Positions 54,063 through 64,000 of a DNA stretch of 64,000 nucleotides are shown here, piece after piece. Within the stretch, counting starts at the first letter, position 1. Each line of letters starts with the position of its first letter. Made by a program: the position numbers and the translations under genes. Source of the DNA: Eledone cirrhosa (taxonomy: Eukaryota); assembly GCA_964016885.1 (NCBI GenBank), contig OZ024748.1, forward strand, positions 8,990,001 to 9,054,000. The letters run 5' to 3'. The notes beneath the pieces were generated by a model. It made no database searches, was not told the DNA's origin, and saw only the letters and a list, made by a program, of their open reading frames with translations.

Positions 54063-54810
54063 ATGACATGTTTTGTGTTTACAATAATCATATTTAATTT
54101 ACATCATGTTTTTTCTTAAGTTGGAGGGGGTAAGTAGGGAGTGGAGGAGAGACGGGATGAGAGTTGAAGAGAGGGGGTGAGGAGGGGGGTGGAGAGGAGA
54201 GAGTGGAGGAGAGGGGGATGAGAAGGGAGTGGAGGAGAGGGGGTGAGGAGGGAGTGAAGGAGAGGGGAGATGAGGAGGGAGTGTGAGAGAGGAGGGATGA
54301 GGAGGGAGTGGGGGAGAGGGGGATGAGGAGGGAGTGGGGGAGAGAGAGGTGAGATAACCGCATGATGGAATTTGGCCTTTTCTAACATGTCTAATATATT
54401 TCACCTTCGTCTTCATTTCTTCTTTTCCACCCACCCCCCCCCACTCCATCTTTAATTTACTTTCATCTTTATCTATAGTTATATCTCCCCCCCCCCCCAC
54501 CTTCCATATATGTGTCACCATCTGCCCCACCATCTTCACACCAATTACCAGGAACCAGAAAACCAGATTACTGTCTTCCATAATTCTCAACTCCCAATAT
54601 TTGACATGGTCAGAGTCTTTTCAGTTATTTTCCAATTCTTCGTACAACAACATCAACAACAACACCAACAAAACAACAAAACAACACCAACAACAGCATC
54701 AACAACACCAACACCAACACCATCAACAACATCAACAACATCAACACCAACAACAACATCAACAACATCAACACCAACAACAACATCAACAACATGTTTA
54801 AACTCTTAAA

Positions 54811-54995
54811 ATAATAATTGTTTCTACTTTTTGGCACAAGGCCAGCAATTATCCAGTGCATTACTGGTACTTTATTTTATCGACCCCGTAAGGATGAAAG
54901 GCAACGTTAACCGCGGCGGGATTCGAACTCAGAATGGCAAGGGCCGTAACTCTGTGCGTCAAAGCATGCGTCCGACCCTCTACCGATACTGCCAA
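54811..54995 (-). mobile_element. tRNA-derived SINE
   Basis: Reverse-complement match to the 9068-9254 copy. Confidence 0.85.
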
Positions 54996-55456
54996 ATAAT
55001 GAAAACATTTTGTTACACGATTGCGCAATATTTTTAGGTGGCGGAGCGGAGGCGAGTGGGGTGTGTTTAGTTTTGTGTATATGTGAATATGAGTGTGGCT
55101 GTTTGTGTATAAAGGGGGAAATTATATATGGGTTCATATAAATATGTATATGAGTGTGTCATAGTGTATCAGTGTGTATCAGTGTGTGTGTATGTATGTA
55201 TGTGTGTATGTGTGGGGGGGGGGCGTCTAAAATATTGGCTGCCAGGTGAAGGTGGCCCACCTATATATAGAATGTTATCATTTAATCTTTATAATGAATA
55301 AATATCATTTTGAAAAATACATAATTGGAAACAAAACAGTGCAATCAAATTTTTGCGGAAAAGTATCTTAATTTCTCCAATGAAAAACATTATGTATTTA
55401 ACAACAGTTAAACACACAGGGATAATAGGTTATTACCAAAGAACCAGAAGATTGAC

Positions 55457-55881
55457 AAGTCTACCCTAAATATGACTAATAGCTCTAGGAAAGCCATGAA
55501 CGTCACCACATCTTTTTAACTTTGAAAGTAGGTTTATAATTATTAATTTTCATTATAATTTTGTGACTGTCTCGGCGGCCTAGTTGGAGGAATCATAGAC
55601 GGTGGTGATCCTGGTCGGGAGTAGGGGTCCCAGTAAACCTTTTCAGTTTTTTTCTATTGGATGTAAAATAAAAAGTAAAAAAGATTACACGTAACTCTCG
55701 GCCAGGTTTGAACCCAAGACCAGGATCTCCACCAGGATCTCTACCGCTGGGCCACTGAGACAGCTACGAAAATCTGCTGAAAATTCATCTTTATAAACCT
55801 ACCTTCAAAATTTTCAATACAAAATGTTGTGGTGTCGTTCATGTCTTTCTTAATGTTATTGCTCCTACTTAAGGTCGACTT
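55457..55881. mobile_element. ~425-bp fold-back (MITE-like) element whose arms end in convergent tRNA-like heads
   Basis: Imperfect arms ~55457-55616 and ~55718-55881, e.g. tttgaaagtaggtttataa versus ttataaacctaccttcaaa; A/B-box-like motifs at the inner ends. Confidence 0.65.
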
Positions 55882-55997
55882 CTAAGTCATTTGGGTGTTC
55901 CATTAACTAAAAAAGATATTACCTTCTCCAATAAAAAAAATGTATTTTGCGAAATCCAGAGAATTTCAATAATGACCTTTGGTCTTTCACACTCACT

Positions 55998-56039
<42 letters not shown>

Positions 56040-57429
56040 GAGTGCGTGTATATGTGTGCATTTACATGTGTGTATATATATATATATATGTATGTATACA
56101 TAACATGTTTTCAACTTGTACAAAAATCCCAAGGGATCTAATTGACAGTGTGTGTGAGTGTGTGAGTGTGTGTGTGTGTGAGTGTGTGTGTGCACACTAC
56201 CTTCACCACTAATTGATTTGACAGATGTCTTTAACCCATTGATACCAAACATTATTTGGTCAGTTGTTCGTGTGTATATATATATAAACCCACTGAGCTA
56301 AACTATCTAATAATCATTTCTGGAAATCGATAACTTTCCCTATTATTTTTCGAGAATTCCAGTGAGGTTGCATCTGGTCAACCATTGTTTCAGAAAAATA
56401 TGGCAGTAATCGATTATATTTCTCTGCTACCTGAGATTTTATTGAAGTGAGTTCCAATCTTTCAGATTGAAAAGATTAATTTTGATTGTATCCCAATTAC
56501 ACCTTGTCAGTTAACTTTTCATCTTTCGTGTTGCCAATAGATAAGTAAATGAGATTATGTCGCGTTTTTCTTGCTCTAGCTAATTTTTGTTTTTAGTATT
56601 AACAATTTCTAACAGTTACAAAACATCTTTTCTATCATACATACACAAAACTGTCATGGAGTTAACCCAAAGTGCAGCGCCATATTGCTATTTCTCAATG
56701 TTTCGTCATATCACCTAATAATTCTTTGCTTTTTTGCAATATTATATGATAAAATCTTAGCAACATCAAATATAGAAACATTAAAATTATTCTTCCAATT
56801 CTTTTGTACCAATTTCTTTATCTTTTTCATTTTAATCCATTTATAAAAATCTCAGTTCAGCTAGTATTCTTGGCGATCTGTGTTGTGTAGTTTGTAAGAA
56901 GGATTCTCAGGATTGCAATAATATTTCAAAGAATTACAGTATGATATTCGGTGAAAATATTTATTTCCAGACCAGAAATCAGTTATGGAATGAATATTTT
57001 TATATAAAGTAGTAACATAGGCCCTGCCGGGTATAAAATGGTGACCCTACCACTCCATTAATAGTTAAGAGTCTTGTACATCACATTTAATTTTATGTAG
57101 AATATAATCTCTTATTTTTTAGGTTAATAACTATATAAATGTATAAGAACTATGAAATAAGAACTATGAAAACAAACAGAAGTGAACTGATTTACATATT
57201 TCGGATTTAAAGGTATCAGAAAATGATATTTAGGTTGATAAAGACTTAACATCGAAGCAATAACAATGTAATCGATATTTGTGAGGGAAGAGTACTGGAA
57301 GATTTGGCTTTCTCTCAGTAAAATTAAATAATTTCAATTGGGAATTGCCGATGGCTAACATTTAGGTGATCTACGTCTGCGACGACTTAATATATTAAAA
57401 TGAGAATGGAGTTCCGGTTCAAAGAAGGA

Positions 57430-57712
57430 GTAATCCAGTTGTTCGGTCAAAGGAACAGCATGTGTAAGTGGCTGAGGGTTCCATCCCACAGGCACGTGTA
57501 CCTTTAATGTAATCCTCTCAGGAAGATTCAGTGTGAGACAATTGAATTAAAGATATATTCAACCCAACGGGGTTTCTAATCTGTTTCAATCTATCCTATT
57601 TCACCGACAAGGAATAGTTTAACTGGAGGCTATGGTAATATTTACCCCAGATATGAGTCAGTGGGATCGAACTCAGGATTTAGTGATTGCCAAGCGAACT
57701 CTATAACCCTTC
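57430..57712. mobile_element. Degenerate SINE-like repeat fragments
   Basis: gtaagtggctgag is shared with ~51243; minus-strand B-box-like motif at gggatcgaactcagg (~57663). Confidence 0.4.
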
Positions 57713-58566
57713 GATGATGCTGACTCAACACATCACATTGAAATAACATGAATCTGATTTCATATTTCTAAGAATATTCTCATGAGAAAATGTCCTAGGG
57801 AGAAGGACATCGGTGATTTTGTTGCAGCAATATCAGCGATTCAGTAAAATATTATTTACATGTACAGACATTAAATGTAAGAGTAGTAGTATGTACTAAA
57901 TCTATGGAGATTACACGTTCTTTAAAGTATGTGAATTTGGGAGAAGAGTAGTTGGTAGCTGAGTATGTCTAGAGTGGCGGTTAGCTAGCTTGCCTTGCTA
58001 TACCAAGCTGGCCAGTAAGAAAGAAGACGAAGACAATGACTGCAGCATTTGACATAGCTGTAAGGTAAAGAAAGGTGAACGGTTGGTTAAGTGGGAAGGG
58101 CGAAACGGAAGAAAGAAATAAGCTGAAGGAACGTGCAGAAACGAATCAGGATGGGAAATGACAGAATCAGCTTCAGGCTAGAGTTCAGTCCAGCGTTCTT
58201 CTTCTCACGATATTATCTTCGCTTCTAGCTACTGTCCATCCAATTTCACCAGTGTCCTTCTCTTTCCTGCTTCAGAAGAAGCAAGAGAGAGAAAAAAAAT
58301 CAATAGACAAGCCTTTCCTCTCTTGCTTCTGCAGTTCAGAACTGCAGCTAACTCTGCATTGGTAATACACAAGCCTCTTTTTATCTTTCCGACACAAGTT
58401 CCTTCGCCATCCCTCTATCTATCTACTTATTTATCCATTCAGACATCTATATCTCTATGTCTATCAATATCTACACGTTTCCCTCTCATCTATTTTGTTC
58501 TTTCACTCGCATTCTAGCATTCTCTAGCTTCTCTTCTATCTCACCTCTTCATTGGATATATATATA

Positions 58567-58610
<44 letters not shown>

Positions 58611-59183
58611 CAGGGATATGAAAGTGCTGAGTATATAGGTATGCATGCATGCATGTGTGTGTGTATGTATATAGTGTATGTGAATGTATGTACGTATGTG
58701 TGTATCTATGTGTGTGTTTGGAATGAGGGACGAACGGACGAATGGATAGCCATACATAATTTATTTACCTATATATTTCTTCGTATGTTTAGACACATCC
58801 GCTATACTACATCCTACACTACTACATACACTGCCATATATACAACCACTAGCAACTACACTACCACCTATGCTCCAACATATACTGGTGTCTATGATAC
58901 CACATATACTATCACCTACACTACCTACTGTCACCTACACTCATATGTATACTAGCATCCACACTACTAACTACACTATACCACCTATACTACTGCCGCC
59001 GATATTGCTATCTACACTACCACCTATATTAATACCTGTACTACTACTACTACTACTACTACCTATACTACTAGCTATACTATCACCTACACTACCACTT
59101 ATACCACAACCTACGTTCAGTATAACTGGGTTGTCGTCTTACCTCGGCTGTCTTGCAAGCCAGCCAGACTAGGAGATACATAA

Positions 59184-59234
<51 letters not shown>

Positions 59235-59454
59235 GGTAGATATGTAGAGAGAGAGCGGTAGGTAGATAAATAGAAATTGCGTGTGTTGGTGAAGAGCGTG
59301 TAATATAAAGTTTCTCGTCTCAGATCAAAAATCTATTATTTGTTGAATGGCTCGAAGACTCAACTGAACTGAATCTCAGATTTAGTTTTGATCCCTCATT
59401 ATAATTTATTGATATCTCGCTATATATATATATATATATATGTATATGTATGTA

Positions 59455-59531
<77 letters not shown>

Positions 59532-59534
<3 letters not shown>

Positions 59535-59725
59535 GGAAAATGTATGACCCCGACGGCAGAGCTCAAGCCGTTTCGACGGCTATTTCTGGGTCCAGAAATA
59601 GCCGTCGAAACGGCTTGAGCTCTGCCGTCTGGGTCATACATTTTCCTATTACCCACTCTACTACCCTAAGTATTGAGTACTCTGGTGCGTTATGGTCCAT
59701 CTCGTTCCTTACCACAACTCTTTCG

Positions 59726-59727
<2 letters not shown>
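59532..59727 (+). mobile_element. Family C fold-back element (58-bp arms, 2-bp spacer, ~78-bp tail) in (TA)n
   Basis: Arms 59532-59589 and 59592-59649 differ by one mismatch; hammerhead 3' half GAAA-cggc(ttgagctct)gccg-TC at 59607-59629. Confidence 0.85.
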
Positions 59728-59767
<40 letters not shown>

Positions 59768-60389
59768 CTGTACTGCACTTAGAAATAAATAACTGCCTCT
59801 CTCTTCATACAATTTTACTATTCCTAAATATACCATCCTTCATGGTAAACTTTCAAACAATGATTTTCACCACCGCTATCTCCATCATCTTCCTATATTT
59901 CGGGGGGCAACATTAGCATAGCATGGACAATATATTTATTTTACTCCTTTAAGAAATATCATTTTATATATTACAAAAAAGTCTTGTTTCCTTTCTAGTT
60001 TATCCTACTTTTACCGATTTATTTAGTGTTTATTTCATCAAAATCCTGTATTTTATCTTTCTATATACTCCATTTTTCCTGTAATTAATACAATTTTAGG
60101 AAAATTTCTTTCCAGATATTTGCTGAGCAATTTTAAACGTAATCGTTCCCCAAAATGTAGGTTTCCAGTAGCAACCCTACCCCCACTCTTCTTTTTTTTT
60201 TAATTCTGTTTCAAAATATTTTCTTCATTTTCTTTTCTTCTTTTCTATAGATAATATTTCTATTCCTGCCATCATTTCATCTCGTTATCTCTCTCTTTCT
60301 TTCTCTCTTACTTTTACTTCCCTTCTTTCTTCCCCTCCATCTCTCTTCCTCATTTTCTCTTCTCCTTTCTTCCCCTCTACATCTCTTCC

Positions 60390-60451
<62 letters not shown>

Positions 60452-63400
60452 CTTCATTATTATTTAAATCCCTCTTCTTAATCCAGTTTTAATTTCCTCA
60501 TTAATTCTTTTTCTTCTTTTTATCTTTTGCTACTATTTTTTTCTTCCTCTTCTTCTTATGGCTCATCATTTTAAGCAATAAATATTTTACTTTTTCCCAT
60601 ATTAATTCTCATACAAAACCATTCAGACGCATTCACTTCATATCTTTCTTCAGTTTCACATTTTTTTTATCTCTCATAATCTTCAGTAAATTTTCTTATA
60701 AATTTCACCGTTATATTTTCTCTAGAGTTCTTCCTCAATCATTATTCCTACTCATATAAAACGCTATAATGTTTACATATATACACACTCACAAATATAT
60801 ATACACACACATATACACACACACATATTTAAATATACAATCACACACAAAGAGAGTAAGAGAGAGAAGGTCTTTATTAAATATTTCTTTCTACATATTT
60901 ATATCACAATCATTTTTCTTTTTTCATCTCATCTCTGTCATAGAAATCTATGGCAGTCTACATTTATATTATTATATTCTTCCTTATTCTTGACATTTTA
61001 CTTTTCTTTTCACTCCTACCTTACTCCCTCTAATATATACATTGCATTTCATAAAACCTTTTATTGACGTTTCTAACATCCCTACTTTTAGACAGTTTAA
61101 ACCTTTCCTTTCACCTCTTCGATTATTGAAATTGTGTTCTAAACGTGAACAGAGCTTGTTTTATCTTTCCTTTCATTTGTTCCTGTAGAGTTGAAACCTA
61201 AGAACCCGAATACATCAAATAAGAGGAATTATTTCGCACTTCCGCCTTCTGCTGCTTCTTTGAAGTGTCTTGACAAACCTATGAACTCACTGCAGTTTAG
61301 GGGATATTTGAAACCCTACCGTTAGATAAATAATGTTTATTTCTGTTTGAAATATTATCTAGAAATATAGGTTTTAATGTTGCCTTATAACATTAAATGT
61401 GAGAGTTTCTATTCTAGTGAAGAGTTAAACATTTAGCATCTTTAACAGTGATTAGGAAAACATGTGTATTATACTGTTATTCATCACATCTCTGTGGTAA
61501 AACTAAACAATATTTGCCGAGCATCACTTTACTCTCATTTTAATTTAGCAAGGTAAGAATAATTCTATTTGAAAGTCAAATATCGATCGTGAATCTACGT
61601 TGATACAAGTTCTTGACTAGATCTCATCACCTCTTCTCGTCTTCTTTCTCGTCTCGGCTTTTATATGTTGTCGGTTAACCTGACCTTTTATTTGAGACTG
61701 AGTTCATCTGAAATTGATTTAACCTTTCACCTCTCTATCATTGATTTGACATTTCACTTGTCTGGAAATGATTAAACTACTTCACCTGTCTGATTGATTT
61801 GATATTTCACCTACCTGATGATCAATTAAATACCATTTATAAACTATAAAACTCTAAATCAAAACATGCGTTGTCATAAACCTTTCCGTGGCAAAAGAAA
61901 TTAAATTATTTTTTAAAAATACATGATCAATCCTTGGCAGGATAATTGACTCGAAATATATAGTGAAACATGAGAGATCGGAATAGATAAAATGGTGTAC
62001 ATTATTATTATTATTAAGATATTCCCAATATTTAAAAGAATGCAGTAAAATAATAGTGACTATAAATGCTTTAGACATATATTAGCAAAAGGTCATCGTT
62101 GATGGAATTGGAATATCCATCATTATTTTGATACCACCTATATTACAGATTAATACTCTCGCTGTTTCTATATTGGCATCATATTGTGTCCTGGAAAATA
62201 GAATTAGACGAAACCATCAAATGTCATTTCAAAGGTTTAAGATAAATCTGGTGGAGATACAAAAGATATTTGAGAAATTGCACTTATAAATTCTTTTTAA
62301 GCGGTTATGAAATCGGTAGGATCTCTCTTCTAACACTTCATCCAAGTTCTACTGAAAACCACCACAGGACACACAGAAATCTATGGTAAACACAGCGTAT
62401 TTTAATTATATCAATAATGTAATAATATATAAAACAAGTAGGATTAATTGTGTGTTGTGATTTCTTAAAGATTGGAAACTATATCAATAGTAACCTGAGG
62501 GATGGGGAATCAAATTTACATTATTGAAATCGAAATCTCATCTTATTAGTTAGACACTCAGAAACATATTTTTAAAAGTGTCTGTGTTACAAAGGTTTTA
62601 AGAGGTTTTAACGGCCAACACTCCGTTCCAGGGACTATGAGGAATATGTCCCCTTGATAAGATTGCAACCTATCACTATAAAACGTTTCAAGATTGTATA
62701 TTAACTATTCTGCAACTCCATTGACCGCCAAGTGAAGGAGAGTAACATACAAATGTCCAGGCCACGGTGATCGAACAAGCAGCTGTTCAATAGTTAGAAG
62801 TGATAGAACTGTGGTAATTTAAACATTTCAATTCCACATCAGTTTATAAAGAAGAATGAGTGTTTAAAGTTCGTGTATTTCTCTGGGATATGAGCAATGA
62901 CATTGAATTAAATTAATTCTTTAAGAGATGACCTAATGTTCTTTGGCGTTCACCATATTGCATTTTATAGCTTAAAACCACCATAGCCAGTCAATTACAT
63001 AAGCCTTATCGATAGAACGGAGTATTTGAATGTTAAAATCTTAACAATAATCAGAAAGAAAAATGTTCTGAGAGATGAATGTGTAAAATATTTGATAATA
63101 ACTGGAAAGTTTTGCAGGTTTTTTGTAACGCTGTTGTGCTTTTTGAGATATTTTCAAATTTTACATAATGTGAAATCAACAAATCACAATAGGCGAATGT
63201 CTTTGAGGTTAAACAGTCTTCGAAACAAAAAAACAAAAAACAAAAAAAATCTCTTGAAATACAAAACATTTGTAATTAACCAAGGGACACATTTTACGTT
63301 ATACAAGAAATATTTTGGCGAGGTCAACAAATTGGAGAGTTGAAAAAATAAACTAAATTTCACTTCCAGATCACAGTTCAGGAAACAGCAGAAAAGTACA

Positions 63401-63619
63401 CAATGTTTAACTTAAACAAAATCTATAAATAAATAAAACCTAGCCAACCAACATCATCGATAGAGTTTCCTCCTCCCCTTCCTCGTTCTCATCGTCATCA
63501 TCACTATCATCAGCAAGAACAACAAAAACATCACCAGCAGCATTATTGTCACCATTATTATAATTACCTTCATAAACATTTTAAGACGTCAACATCATCA
63601 CCAACATCACCAATAACAC

Positions 63620-63660
<41 letters not shown>

Positions 63661-64000
63661 AATATCTGTGTATATGTATATATAAATCATTGTAGAGATG
63701 CATATGTCAGATATTTGTTTATACTAGAGTTTGACAATATACACTTCCATATCTACCTTCCAGAGATCTCTGACAAAGAAGCTCAATGACATCAATAATG
63801 ACAGTTGACAGTGTGATTCAGACACAAGGAGAGAATAATTAGCTGTTTTAAGATAAACACACATCAACAATATAATTGGTGACATTCAATACACCTGAGC
63901 GACGTCATTAGTGTTGTTATATTAAACACACCTGAACGGCGTAATTAACTGTGATATTACAAAGACACCTGTACGTTACACCTGTGATATAATAATCACA

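Noticed and set aside
57960-58330. Purine-rich unique segment as possible promoter or 5' UTR
   Set aside because: No diagnostic motif or linked exon

Overview
AT-rich eukaryotic non-coding DNA, dense in microsatellites ((TA)n, (CA)n, (GTA)n, (GTG)n) and minisatellites. The SINE family and repeat make-up resemble a coleoid cephalopod (Octopus) genome; this is from recollection, not a database search. I can support no intact protein-coding gene, and nearly all ORF-track entries are simple-repeat artefacts. Interspersed repeats include about ten copies or fragments of one tRNA-derived SINE (one with its 45-bp head amplified 27 times), two ~100-bp Tc1/mariner-type MITEs, a probable solo LTR and three RTE-like LINE remnants. 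The main signal is a set of non-coding retroelement-like insertions in or next to (TA)n tracts, often with inverted duplications, that carry type I hammerhead ribozyme folds of the kind known from Penelope-like elements. Four full folds of one family lie at 1.6-3.0 kb and 12.6-13.0 kb and differ by pairing-preserving substitutions. A second family lies at 3.3 kb and 31.4 kb, and a third, fold-back half-hammerhead family at 13.0, 52.1 and 59.5 kb. There is also a 5'-truncated HDV-like ribozyme remnant at 52.9 kb and a 425-bp fold-back with two convergent tRNA-like heads at 55.5 kb.
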